Below, one piece after another: positions 43,097 to 56,940 of a DNA stretch of 64,000 nucleotides. Each line of letters begins with the position of its first letter. Within the stretch, counting starts at the first letter, position 1. Source of the DNA: Octopus vulgaris (lineage: Eukaryota); assembly GCA_951406725.2 (NCBI GenBank), contig OX597815.1, positions 21,762,001 to 21,826,000 of the forward strand. The letters run 5' to 3'. The translations under genes and the position numbers were made by a program. The notes below the pieces were generated by a model. It was given only the letters and a program-made list of their open reading frames with translations, did not search any database and was not told where the DNA came from.

Positions 43097-44470
43097 TCAT
43101 TATTGTTATTCTGAGAGACTGATAGTTCTTAATTTCAGGTTGTTCTTTACTTGAAAGTAGGCAATAACAAATCATCAAAGTAGTTTCAAGTGGTGCCTTC
43201 CCCTGTGACTCAAAGAGACAATACTCTCCTTAGAATGCGAACTGTACCCAGCAATGCTGTCTTCCGGATCCCTTCGAGCCTGACAGCAGCTCCTATATTT
43301 TAAATATATTTTTCAAAGCTCTTTGAAACTGCTCACAATGCTCCAATAATCACCGGTATCACCATTTCTTTCCTCATGCCCCATAATCCGTTATTACCAT
43401 ATTGGTCCCAATTTCGGGGTTAATTCATAAGAATTTCCCCTCTTCAGCGATAAATACGCAGTGGCTGGTATTTCTCACTCTTTTCTGTTTCCTTACATTT
43501 CACCCTCGCATCGCTTGGTATTGCAACATCTATCATCTTTGCTTCGTTTTCATCTTTATGGATGATTGCAATGTCTGGCCGTCATGATTTGGTCGTACCG
43601 TATGTTAAAATCCCAGAATATTTTGTAATGTTCGTTTTCCATTATTTTTAGCATGGTATGTATGTTCTAGGCGGCGAGCTGGCAGAAACGTTAGCACGCC
43701 GGGCGAAATGCTTTGCGGTATTTCGTCTGCCGTTACGTTCTGAGTTCAAATCCCGCCAAGGTCGACTTTGCCTTTCATCCTTTCGGGGTCGATAAATTAA
43801 GTACCAGTTACGCACTGGGGTCGATGTAATCGACTTAATACCTATGTCTGTCCTTGTTTGTCCCCTCTGTGTTTAGCCCCTTGTGGGTAATAAAGAAATA
43901 GGTATGTATGTTCTAGGATTTTGGTGATGTACTTACTTGCATGTTTTTCTTTTGCCATGCCTAAAAGCATCAATCATTTTAGGGATTGTTTCTATCTTTA
44001 GGCTCGTTATTGAGGCTATAATTATTTCCAGATATTTGTATTGCGATAGTTTCTCCATTTCTTTTAGAGATAAACAGTCATTTGTTGAGACTAATATGTT
44101 GATTAACAGGCATTTTTACATAGTGGATCTTGACAACAATATCTGGCTGGTTTACCTTTATCTCCTTATCTGTGTGTATTGGCATATCCCAGAGTATGGT
44201 TGCTTTGTAATTTTCCGAAACCTCTTACGGGATGTGTCTATACTATCTGTGTTCTGTTGGTATTCTGTAAAGCTGGCACAACTTTCAGTGTATGCAAATT
44301 CCAACTTTCTTGACCAAGACAAGGCAACCAAAGACAATATGATATATTGGTTTTCTCCATCTGCAGTTACTTATGGTATTATGCTTCATTATGTGTTTTT
44401 AGTGGGCATTTTTGAAGTACCTGGGTTACTTCAGTTGATATAGTTGTCCAAGGTTATTCAGTAGCAAAAT
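43097..44470 (-). mobile_element. Decayed R4/Dong-type (RLE) LINE, interrupted by a SINE and a templated insert
   Basis: Minus frames: KIFWDFNI...MIDVAIPSDARVKCKETEKSEKYQPL...WGMRKEMVIPVIIGAL...KTALLGTVRILRRVL; QYKYL upstream. Confidence 0.8.
43670..43900 (+). mobile_element. Full-length SINE family A
   Basis: TSD GGTATGTATGTTCTAGG. Confidence 0.9.
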
Positions 44471-45292
44471 ACATTATGAGCAATCATTATGTTTGCACCT
44501 TGGCACACGGATGGTCATGTTCACGTTACTAGCCAACACCGTGGGTTTCTGGATCGACGGTTCGAATCCCGTAATAACTGGGAATTGGGATGTAGTATCC
44601 AGTCTCACACAAAAAAAAAGGTCTAACGAGCATTTCAGAAACGTTGGGCACACAGTAAACACATATATTGCTTCTGTCGTTTCATGTCCTAGATTTCTTT
44701 TCGTTATATGAAAGCATTTGCTCATTTGTTTCTTGTGAAAAGGACACGTTCCACTGTTCAAGAGGTTTGTCTACTGTCGACATCTGGAATGTTGTCAAAC
44801 GCTCATAGCCGTTTATAAGTCTAGTAATGCGGCCAGAAGGACTAACACACTAGCTTTCTAAAGTGGATTGGTGCTGGGTAAGAGCGGCAATGTTCTCGGA
44901 AACCTCTGGGTATCGATGAGAATTAATTAACTAGTCTATTCCGGAACTGTTTCAGACTGGGAACCAAGGGTACATTACTGGTTCAAGATGATCTTTACTG
45001 GAACGGAAGTGCAGTCATTTACATTTGTCGAGATGCGCACAAGGGAATGAAACTTCTACACACATTGGTTCTGTTTCTGGGCATTGCCAATGTAGAGTTA
45101 TGTCGAATAGCTGTTGTTGAGTGTCAGACGGATCTCACAACCGGCCGAGTCAATCGTTAACATCTCCCCACCGCCTTTTTGATTGCTATTGAGGAAACTT
45201 GAAGTATGTCCGACGGTAACGTAAGGACTGGGGACAGATATTTCCATCTTCAGTAGAACCCTTACTGATTTTATCATACATATATATATATA

Positions 45293-45520
45293 TAACATGG
45301 GTATGAGTAAGTATTTCATTTATGTCTTACGTATTTATCGCTGAAGAGGGGAAAATTCTTATGAATTAACCCCGAAATTGGGACCAATACGGTAATAACG
45401 GATTTTTAAAGAAATTTCTATCGGTTTGTTTCGAGACGCATAAATTATAATGGTTATTGACAATTTTGTGTTTTTTTCGGCATATTTGGCATTAGAATTT
45501 TTATTTTGCCCTTATTTTGT
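45293..45520 (+). mobile_element. (TA)n-embedded mini-element with HHR-like motif (45330-45391)
   Basis: CTGAAGA-GGGG(AAAATTCTTATGAATTAA)CCCC-GAAA-TTGGGACCAATACG; the cleavage triplet is atypical; (TA)n on both sides. Confidence 0.6.
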
Positions 45521-45784
45521 TATATATATATATATATATATATACGTACACAAAATACACATATACACATATCTATTTATAAATGTATGCATGTGTGTAT
45601 GTGCTTGTTTGTGTACTGTGTTTGTGTGTATTGTATTCCTAATGTTGCAGTTGAGGCAGTTATCATTATTCTTGGTGAAAATCGACAATATTGTTATAGG
45701 CTGTTATTTCATCATTTCATTCTCTGCTGCTTTTTGTTGTTCTTTACACGTGAACTTACATAGTTACGTATTTACTTACTTACT

Positions 45785-45838
<54 letters not shown>

Positions 45839-45842
45839 CACC

Positions 45843-45932
<90 letters not shown>

Positions 45933-46573
45933 GTTACTACTACTTCGTCAAAACAATCACCGTACAGACTAGCACATGTGTTACTGCAATAACTATTTCC
46001 TTTATTAAAACATCATCATCGCCATGTTGTTTGTGACGGTGCAAACGGGGTGGTCATGGAGGTCAGAGAGAAAAAAACAGAAAAAAACAAAACAAACTAA
46101 AGCAGATTTCGATGTCTTGTAAATAGTTAACCCTATTTAGAGCAGTAATGGCGGCAGTGACAACCATAACATATTTTACGAGAATGATGATGATGACGAT
46201 CATCTCCATGATGTACTTGTGGCCAACGTCATTGTCCTTCCCTCTCCTTCTGCCTCCTTCTATTTATCCTCCTTCTCATTCGCTTACTTTTCTTTTCTCC
46301 TTCTCTTCCGTTCCCGTTCCTTTTCCTTTTCCGCCTCTTCTTCTTCTTCTTCTTCTTCTTCTTCTTCTTCTTCTTCTTCTTCTTCTTCTTCTTCTTCTTC
46401 TTCTTCTTCCTCCGTTTTCTCATCTCCTTTCTCTTCCTCTTCTTTCTCCTCATCACCAACATCAGTCATATCGACATATATTTAAAGCAGTAACATAGCA
46501 AAGAACTACGATGCACCCAACGACATGCATTATCCACACACACAAACACAAACACACCAACGCACACACATAC

Positions 46574-46631
<58 letters not shown>

Positions 46632-47162
46632 GAAATGCATTCCCTTCGTTTGTTGATAGGTTCATGGATTGCAACTTATCAATTCATTTAGTTAACGTAT
46701 ATAAACACATGATTGAATATACATACACATGATTGAATACACACACAAATACAGACACACGCATACACACACACGCGCGCGCACACACATCTACACCTAT
46801 GTACATATTACACCGAGTCTGCAATGTAAACAGACATCGTAAAATCGCTATAGTTTCTGCTTCCTTTTTCTCCACCTCTCTTATTACTTTCACTTCTCTA
46901 ACCGGAAATGCTTTATACCCTCCTAATCTTTCCAGTTGGCATATTTATTTTCATTGTACACATTCTATTAATGTCATCGTTTCCTTAATCTTTCAACGCT
47001 TTTGCAACTGCTAGTTTTATCTACCTTCATATTTTATCTACTTGTTTCTCTTCTCCTTAACACACGCTCTCTCTCTCTCTCTTTCACGCACTCTCTGTCA
47101 CACACATACACATTTACATACGTGTGTACACGCGCAGAATTTACAAACACATACATATATAC

Positions 47163-47255
<93 letters not shown>

Positions 47256-50200
47256 ATTATAGGCACTCATGTATTTGTCAACTGAGTGGCTTTCTTAATA
47301 TATTTACAATAACAATACAATATTATGTATCCATTTCAGTTGATTTTATCGATCTGTTTCGTAAATTATGAAAACAAAATACCCAGTCGCAGCACTCATC
47401 AGTAGGGCGAGTAGGGAAACTAACCGGCGGAAATAGATCCTTAAATTTGCATGTATGTATGTATGTATTATGTATGTATGTATGTATGTATGTATATGTG
47501 TGTGTGTGTACGCACGTGTGTGTTTGCGTTTATGCATATGGAGCAGTCGAAAGCGTAAATCCCACACTTCAAACGCGTAAGAATAACCGGATATTTGCCT
47601 TTGACGATGGCGGCTGATTTATCTCCCGCTAGCGATATAAAGCAAGAGTGCTTATGCGCACCAAAAGCCCATATAAACGGTTCTCTCCAGGGGGCTGTAT
47701 TCTTCAAGTGGGGATATATATTACCTTTTGGTACTAATACTGCTTTTGTCGCTAATAATTAATTTTCAATAACTAAATATTTTCATTCGATTTGTTGCGG
47801 ATTTCAATTCATTTACGTTGTATAACGAATATAAACCTTACAACACAGTAATATTCACATTCTGCATAACGCTTTATTCATAATTTGCTGTTCCACATGC
47901 AACCTGCATTCGATTCATGTGCATACACATTTAATTTTTAATTGCTTACTGAGGAGAATAGGACGATACTGAGGATGCCTTTTAGCACCGCTGAAACCGG
48001 AAGAAGAGAGGAAGGCATTCTCAAGTCGGGGACTTACCTAGGATATTTGTCATAAAGTGACCTCCACTAAAGGCGTCCAAGGGCCATGTGGAAGCGTTAA
48101 ACCGGAATTTAAATCAACTACTTCTGTCGGCTGCAGTGTAACGGGAACTAATGATGTAAAGAGTCGGAACAAATGTCGTATGGCGTGATTCCGCCAAGTC
48201 CGTCACTCGAGGCCACTACTTTATTTATCGACTTCAGAAAGACGAAAGGCAAAATTTAGCTCGGTGGGGTTTTAACTCAGAATGCAAAGAACTGGATTAA
48301 ATACTGCAAAGCATGTTGGTGTTGCAACGATTCTGCCATTTCTGCAATTAATGACTTATGCAGTTGTTTTATCCCTCTACATTCATTAAGTCTCACCGCG
48401 TTCGACTTTCCCTACTTTTTATCACCCACCTATACGGTGTCAGTAATATAAATAAACGCTAATATAGGCAAACATGTTCAATGGTATTTACCATTCCTCC
48501 ACAAAGTACTAGAATTGTACTAATTTGAGAGATCCTTATATTTAGCTATTGTTGTGTGTCAACCATTGTAAACCCCAAGTTAACTATGCTCCAAAATCTT
48601 TCAGTCAGTGACCAATCTTATTTTCAGATATAGTGTATCGGGGTTACATTATCTAATATGTCCTTTGTTCAAGAATGTACAGCTTCAGGAACACACGTCC
48701 TTGCTGACATTATGACATGTAATGCAATCTATATGGTGAGCATCATAGAGTAGTGGTATATCTATAGTTTAGACCTTCAAATTCCGTCGAGATCGACTTT
48801 ACCTTTCATCCTTTCGATAAATAAAGTACCAGTTTCGCACTGGGGTCGATATAATCGACTTAATCCCTTTGTCTGTCCTTGTTTGTCCCCTCTATGTTTA
48901 GCCCCTTGTGGGCAGTAAAGAAATATATAGTTTAGACCTTGGTTTCGAAACTCACTCATGTTATTTCCTATAATCGCGAATGTATGAATGTTACTATTCC
49001 TCATTTAGTGTCTTCTAAAAATGTTATTATTACCCTTTTACATACGAACCGATTATAATTGTTGCTTCACTTTTCTTATTTGTATCCCATTAAGGTCAGC
49101 TTTGATTTTCATCACTACAGGCTCTACTTAACAAACATCTACCGATGATGCCATCTTGCTCTTCAGATTAAATCAATTATGGAAAAGAAAGAGAATAACT
49201 TAGGAATTATTCTTCTGCTCCAAATTTCAGATGGAACTTGTGTTGGAATACAGTTGTAGCAGTTACTCTCAGCCTTCTGTTTATGTATTTACCGCTCATT
49301 TATTCCAACAAAAGTAATTGTATGTCGAAGAAGAGCATCTGTGTCTGTCAAACGTGACCTAAGACGTGACCTAATCCAACATATCAATCATCTGATTACA
49401 AATGCTTAATGACGTCTGTTGATGCAAGCTTTGCATGGACGTTTATCACCTGTATTTTGTACGCGTCTACCTTTGAGAAGAAATTTCACTCATGTACACT
49501 TCTTTCTGCCTTGTGCACGCACGTGCGAACGGGCGTGCATTTGTGTTTGTAAATGTGTGTATGTGAGTGTATGCAAACGTCTATGTGTGTGCTGGATCTC
49601 ATTCAACGTATCAGTTATCTTTTTCATCAAGATTGTGGAAGACTTTCTAATTTTAAAATAAAACAACGTGTTTGTATGATTGCTTAGGCAAGGGATTACT
49701 TCATTTAAAACCTTTTGCAAAACGGTTTTACTTCATACGTTTAAAATAGGTATCTTGTCCTTTAATATCTCAGTGCCAGGCTATTGTAAAAGTGTAAGGG
49801 AAACACAGACTGATTGATGAGAAAAGTGCGTTTCCATGCTAAGATACTATTGATTTTTTAAAAATATTTCTGCTGGCGATCTTTCTTTTATATGGCTTAA
49901 CTCTAATCATGCATTTCTTTTGACTATATCATTCCTTATGAACTTTGTTATCACACACTCGATGATATGTATCTCGAAAATTTCCAGTAAGTAGCTATGG
50001 ACAGTGTCATATGCTTTTTTACTGTTTTGAAGTTGATTCATCTCTAACTTCATTCGACTTGTTATCTATAAAGTGTTAAACTTAATAACTCCATGCTCCT
50101 GTTCTGTTCGTCTGATTGTCTTCTCATTTTCTTTTGTATGCTGGTCTTTCGATATTTGCGTATTTCGGTATTTGTACTTTGTTAGAGGACATATAGTAAT

Positions 50201-50511
50201 TCTCTAAGCATGTCGCCCTTTCTGATCTTGACGTGAATATCATGTCTTTATGTTTGCCTATCGGAGATGTTACTAGCCATGATAATTATCATATTGATTA
50301 TTTTCACAAATCATTAATGTGGAATGAGTAGTTACTCAGGCTAAACGTCTTAGAATTTGTAAATCTTAGAGTACACACTATTTTCGGTTGGCCAGTATAA
50401 TCAACATTACTAAATATTCTTGGTTTTCGTTTGTGGTGGCCATTATATTTTAGATATGTTTGGTTTCATCTTCTCTCCCTATGATTCTTTCGTTATTTTT
50501 TAAACTTCATT

Positions 50512-50939
50512 ATTATATCTCAGAACGAGATGTAAACAGTAATCGCTCGACAATGTAAAGTATAATAGCCATCTCAATATGGCTAACCACAAAGGGGGGT
50601 GTTATTGTAGCTTTTTAGCCCCAGGAGATCATCGTCTCCAGCTGGAAATCAGTGGCAGAAGTCACTAGAAAAACTCTTATATATTTGCATACAGGCATTT
50701 TCTTTCATCGTGATCCGGTGATTACCGCCCGTCGATAAGAGGCAATAACCTCGAAACCGCGGTCCAGTGCGTATCACTTAGGCTTACGAGAAAGGGATGG
50801 CCTCCCTTTGCAAATACCATAAGAGCATAGATAGTGTGCCTAAAGCCAGCTGGAGACGATGGTCTCCTGGGGCTAAAAATCTACAGTAACACCCCCCTTT
50901 GTGGTTAGTCATATTGAGATGGCTATTATTCTTTACATT
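50512..50939. mobile_element. Inverted PLE pLTR insertion related to the 13.5-kb palindrome
   Basis: 94-bp inverted arms 50552-50645 / 50846-50939; 15-bp TSD TTTTTAAACTTCATT (50497-50511, 50938-50952); decayed HHR CGATAA-GAGG(CAATAA)CCTC-GAAA-CCGCG-GTC at ~50732-50764. Confidence 0.8.
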
Positions 50940-51985
50940 TTTAAACTTCATTCTTTTCAAAAACGTTCACAATTTGTTTTTCACCCGGATTTTGTATGTT
51001 TTACACCTATTGTATATTCTTTGCTGCATTCGTAAAAATTGCTTAAATTTTCAGGAATTTATGATTATTTAAGAATTACTATAGTAACTAGGTTCTTACG
51101 AATATTTTGAGAATGCTGATTGTATTTTTTTAATGGATGAAAGAACCTTTCATTTAGGGTTGCTCTGTTTTCTTTTTATTGATTTATAATGCCGTTGGGT
51201 GTTTTATCAGACCGTTTCATCTTCATATATATATAAATATATAGACACAATCATACACACACATACGTGCATATACAAACACATAAACGAGGGATTAAAC
51301 TAATCGCGAGTTCATCTGTACTTCAAATACAGTCAATTCTCGACGCTTTCTCTTTAATGTTGTCGTGTTTTAATGTTTACAGTAACAGATGGTTAACGAT
51401 TATTCAGATAATTTGCTTTTGTCTAGAATTCCTTGATCGATGCTTATATTTTCCAAGATATAACGAATGTACTTCGTAATCGAGCATATTTTAATATTGT
51501 TTAAAATTAGACATATATCAGCCCTCAAAAGAAAGCCAAATTAATTTCATTCAGTTTCATCAATATCGAGAATATAAACTTACTATTGAGAATCAACAAC
51601 AATAATGAGAAGAATATTTTAATTAAAAATTAATCATAATGGAATGTTTAAGCGTTTTTATCTTCTTTTTCATTTGATAATGGTATCATACCTAATTACG
51701 AATATTATTATGTCAAATGTGATATCCAATTAGATAATGTAGTACCAGATTCTAACGGCATCTCATCTCATAATAACCAGGCCTTTTATTGCTCCTCAGT
51801 TCAAAACAGAACAGACAGATCATTATGGAAACGAATGCTAGTCGGGTACTTCTCAAAATTAAATCCACATACACACACACCCCACACACATAAACACACA
51901 TACGCACGCACGTACACACACATACAACGCGTGCGCACGTTGAGTGCTGTTTTTGTATATAGTATTTTTTCCATAAAACCCACCC

Positions 51986-52049
<64 letters not shown>

Positions 52050-53628
52050 TAAAACGTTTTATGTGCAGCTTTGTTACAGTCACTTGCCGAGACACACCCA
52101 GTGCCCTGGGGCCGATGAAGGATAAGAGATGCTACAATATAACTGAAAGCTTGGGGAGGTAGTGAAATATCTTGTAATACAACACATACATATAAATTGA
52201 TAGGGTTTTTCTAAGGTTGTGGGCAACACAAACTTTTGAATTTCTCTGAGACATAGTTCTGGGATCTTATCTAGATGTTTCTGACATCCCTTATCATACC
52301 TAGGGCTCCTACAATAACAGGAACAGTTCTCGTTTTAAGATGCCACATCTTTTGTATTTCAATTTCCAGGTCCTTAGATTTACTTAGTTTGTCAAATTCT
52401 TTGACAGATATATTTTCATCAGTGGGAACACTGATATCTATTAGTGTACAAGTATTTTCTTCCCTGTCTTTAATAATCATGTCTGGTATATTAGCCTGGA
52501 TCGTTCTGTCAGTATTGATTGATTGATTGAAAAATCCCAGAGGATAGTGACATTTTTACCTTCAACGACTGGATCAAGATAATGTTCGTACTAGTAAGCA
52601 GGAATACTGATTTTGTAGTGTTTACATATTTTCGAATGTAAATAGTGTCTTACTCAATCGTGGCGATTTTTATATTCGTTTGGTGTCAGCACAGGACATC
52701 CCGAGACGAGATGGTCTATTGTTTCGTCAAATGTGTCGCAGAATCTGAATTTAGGGTCAGAACCTGGTAGTTAGCCTGGAAGTTTTTGTGTAAACAACCT
52801 TTGGTCTTGTGCCGCCAGTATGAAACCTTCAGTCTCTGCTTTCAATCCCGAACATATCAACCACTGATGGGTTGTTTGATCTATATCAGCAATTTGATAT
52901 CGAAGTATATACTGTCTATACAGAGGCTTCTGGCTCCATCGCTCCTCAATTCATTTCTGCCTATTATTTTTTGCAGTCTGCTTGATCCATTTTGCTTGTT
53001 TTGTGGCAGTGGTTTCAGGTTCTTCGACTATTTCAGGGTTAATGCCAAGTTCCCTTGCGAATTTGCAAGCTTCGTTGAGAATCGAATGTGAATTTTGCTG
53101 CTTTCGTGTTTGCACACAAGTTGCAGCGTCCAGTCTTCTGTACTAAATAAATACTTGTTCATTGTTATTGTGAAGGTCTTATAGCACAGTTCTACCTGCA
53201 TCATTCCTCTTGTCCCATTACTTCTAGGTAGGTACAGACAATCAACATCTACTTTTGGGTGGTGCAGTTAGTATTTTTCTTAGTACTTTTCTTGTCTTCC
53301 TGTCCAGACATTAGAGCTCTGTAAGATTCCAGTTAATGATGTTAAAACTATATTGGACTACTGGAAGTGTCAGGGTGTTAATGGCTTCGATGCGATTTTC
53401 AGAGCTGAGTTCAGTTTTTAGTATGAGTTTTATTCTCTTGTAATATTCTTTTCTTATTTTTTCCTTCATAGTACCATGTTGTATACCATCTCCTTCGTTT
53501 ATACCCAGGTATTTGTAATTTTCTTGTGGGTCAGCTCCTTGATGGTAGTGTCGGTATCTAATTTAATGGAAGCTGTTTGCTTGAGCTTGCCGGTTACAAA
53601 AGTTGTTTTAGCACACTTATCAAGGCTG
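52050..53628 (-). mobile_element. 5'-truncated R4/Dong-type non-LTR retrotransposon (RT end, CCHC, RLE endonuclease)
   Basis: Minus: LDKCAKTTF...YLGINEGDGIQH...IINWNLTEL; FCDTFDETIDHLVSGCP; ILWDF...PDMIIKDREENTCTLIDISVP...VPVIVGALG; 3' end abuts (TAA)n. Confidence 0.9.
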
Positions 53629-53787
53629 AGGTCAGCTTTGCTTTTCACCCTTTCGGGGTCGATAAATTAAGTACCAATGAAACACTGGGGTCCATCTAAT
53701 CAACTTGTCCCCTCCCTCAAAATTTCAGGCCTTATGCATATAGTAGAAAAAATTATTATTATTATTGATATGATGATTACTATTATT

Positions 53788-54310
53788 GAGTGAGAGAGCA
53801 ATTCATACCATCAAAGTGACACTGGGGTAAAATATATGAAGCCCAATATACCCATCATGACTACCCGTCTGATAAAGGTACACCAGGCACATGCATCACA
53901 ACCATATGTGCGCGACATGGTGATCTCATATCAAGATAAACAGCACATGACATTCTAAGTGGGTCCCAGTTAGAATTTTCTTCAGGTTGAGTGGCCCATC
54001 CCACTCAAAAGGTCCCTGAATTGGGGGGTTTGTTTAAGGATAATGAACGAAACATCCATGTTTTGGGAGGTGAATTATTCAAAACTCAAAGAATTCCTCT
54101 CAACACATAACTATGAAGCTCCCCACTACTCCTGCTCGTGGTCAGAGATGCACATATCGTCAGTCACTAAGGGACATGTTCAATTGGTTAAGGTCAAACA
54201 ACTGACAAGCAAATCTGTGGTATTGAGAATGATATTTTACTGTAGCCCGTCCTTTACACTAACCCCCCCCACCAAAAAAAAAAAAAAAAACATGATAACA
54301 CATCCAATCA
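53788..54310. mobile_element. Unclassified interspersed repeat
   Basis: GC-balanced block between SSRs resembling a common cephalopod repeat from recollection; no second copy in this window. Confidence 0.35.
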
Positions 54311-54363
54311 GTTAAGATCAGAAGTCATGAGAACCACTGTCTGGTACTGCACCAGGACAGTTA

Positions 54364-54452
<89 letters not shown>

Positions 54453-54879
54453 CGTAGAAGTATTGCTGTTGGTGGTGTTATTTTTATTAGCTTATGCAAA
54501 ATTTACGTTACCCATTATAAAAAAATTAATAAACAATTAAACAATTAAAAACTCAAAATTGCGATTCAAGAAGCGTTTACCTTTAAACAAAAATATACAC
54601 ACTCTACTTTATGTGTTTTGTTGTTTTTCCTACAACATAATTACTAACGCTAGCGGTCGATAAAGGAGCATCAATAGAGCACCATATATCATGAGCATTT
54701 GATCCATAGATATATTGATCATTTGATCCATATCCACTCGTTCTGAGTAAAATCCCACCTTGCTTACTTGAGACGTAAGTAGACTTAATTCACTACCCGG
54801 TTCAACACCTTCATATGGCCCTTAGGTGCTTTTAACAAAGTTCACTTTATTGCAAGCTTTTGGGACAGGACTCCTTCTA

Positions 54880-55393
54880 CCGTAAATCCTCGAGTATAGT
54901 CCGCCCTTGAGTATAATACGCAGGGACTTTTAGGGGGCTGTAGCTCTGAAAACTTTGTGTATGATACGCACCCCTTCTCTAACTTGAGTCAAGGAGGTCT
55001 ATATAACGTCCTTGATTTGTAAAAATGTATACGGTAACGTCCTTTATTATTATTGTATATAAAACATAATACAAACGTGTAGCCTTTTTGTGCATTTTGT
55101 TTGCAGAAAATAAAGAAATAACAGTAATAACAGTAATAATGTTTAATAAATGTTGCATACTGTAAGTTATGGATGATTCTTTTATGACTTCATAGCTTTC
55201 AGCCTTAGCTTAAGGTATTTTCGCGTCTGACATCACAAAATGCGTCTGAATAAACATTACCGGACAGCAAATAGAGATTCGGATATTGCTTACAAAATAT
55301 TTTTTCATTTTTAACCTCGTATATAGTACGCACCAGGGATTTTGGCCTTTAAAGTTTTTGGGGGAAATGCGGATTATACTCGAGGATTTACAG
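54880..55393. mobile_element. Tc1/mariner(pogo)-type MITE, copy 2
   Basis: TA-CCGTAAATCCTCGAGTATA...TATACTCGAGGATTTACAG-TA. Confidence 0.85.
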
Positions 55394-56062
55394 TATTCCC
55401 ATTGGTCTGGGAAGCTCTGTAAAGGATCATAGGCAAGTCCTTCCCTCTAGACAAAAAAATAAAAAAATAAATAAGTAAATAAAGAAAAAATGATGCAGAT
55501 TAGTTTAATGATGGTTAATAACAGTGGTAATGGCGATGGTAATGGTGTTTGTATCATTGGTTATATTGATGTCGCTGATAGTTATGTTTCGTGTTGATTA
55601 CTGTAGTTGGTTTTGTGGTATGATAAAGGCATAGTAGCAGATTATGAAGATCACTTTGCAACCACGTAGTCTCGGGTTCAGTCCCACTGCAGATCACCTT
55701 GGGTAAGAGTCTCCTGCTATAATCACGGACCGACTAATGCCTTGTGACTAGATTTGGCTGATGGAAACTGTGTGGAAACCCATCGTGCATGCATATGTGT
55801 ATATACATACATAAATGCATATATACATGGACACATATATGAATGTGTGTGTGTGTGTGTGCCTTTTTGTCTGTATTTGTTTTCCTCACCCACCGCTTGA
55901 CAACTGATGTTAGTTTGTTTATATCCTCATAATGTAGCTTCGGTAAAAGGGACCGAGAGAATAAGTACCAAACTTTAAAAAATAAACCAAAAAAATAAAA
56001 CACACACAAGTCCTGGGTCGATTAAAATCCTTCAATGTGGTGTCTCTGCATGACCGAGGTCC

Positions 56063-56466
56063 AATTCTTTTCTACTCTAGGGCACAAGGCCCGAAATTTT
56101 TGGGGACGGGACCAGTCGATTGGATCGAACTCAGTACGCAGCTGGTACTCAAATTATGAACCCCAAAAAGATGAAAGGCAAAGTCGACCTTGGCGGAATT
56201 TGAATTCAAAACATAAAGATAAACGAAATACTTATTTCTTTACAACCCACAAGGGGCTAAACACAGTGAGGACAAACAAGGACAGACAAACGGATTAAGT
56301 CGATTATATGGACCCCAGTGCGTAACTGGTACTTATTTAATCGACCCCGAGAAAGTGAAAGGTAAAGTCGACCTCTGTGGAATTTGAACTCAGAATGCAG
56401 CGGCGGACGAAATACCACAAAGCATTTCGCCCGGCGTGGTAACGATTCTGCCAGATCGCCGCCTTA
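56063..56466 (-). mobile_element. Composite SINE A (head-core-Tx1 tail-core-old tail)
   Basis: Minus: full SINE ending AAAGAAATAAGTATTTCGT, then resuming the SINE body and ending in the older tail. Confidence 0.75.
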
Positions 56467-56559
56467 AGGTCGAGGTCCAATTACTGAAACAAGTGCAAGA
56501 CAAATGCCTCGCCGACACAACTTAAAATAGTTCTTGTGATGTAGAAGATGGTGATGAGA

Positions 56560-56940
56560 AGGCGGCGAGCTGGCAGAAACGTTAGCACGCCGGGCGAAAT
56601 GCTTAGCGGTATTTCGTCTGCAGCTACATTGAGTTCAAATTCCGCCGAGGTCGACTTTGCCTTAAATAAGTACCAGTTACACACTGGGGTCGATGTAATC
56701 GACTTAATCTGTTTGCCTGTCCTTGTTTGTCCCCCCTTATGGGTAGTAAATAAATAGAAATAGGTATTTCGTCTGCCGTTACGTTCTGATTCCGCCGAGG
56801 TTGACTTTGCCTTTCATACTTTCGGGGTCGATAAATAAAGTACCAGTTACGCACTGGGGTCGATGTAATCGACTTACTCCCTTTGTCTGTCCTTGTTTGT
56901 CCTCTCTGTGTTTAGACCCTTGTGGGCAGTAAAGAAATAA
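56560..56940 (+). mobile_element. Composite SINE A (head-core-tail-core-tail)
   Basis: First unit ends GAAATAGGTATTTCGTCTGCCG and resumes internally; outer TSD AGAAGATGGTGATGA. Confidence 0.8.

Noticed and set aside
44480-45270. GC-balanced block that might be coding
   Set aside because: Only short ORFs and no recognisable motif; probably a decayed TE I cannot classify
47345-47410. Minus-strand CTGATGAG...CGAAAC
   Set aside because: No convincing stem I or stem II pairing
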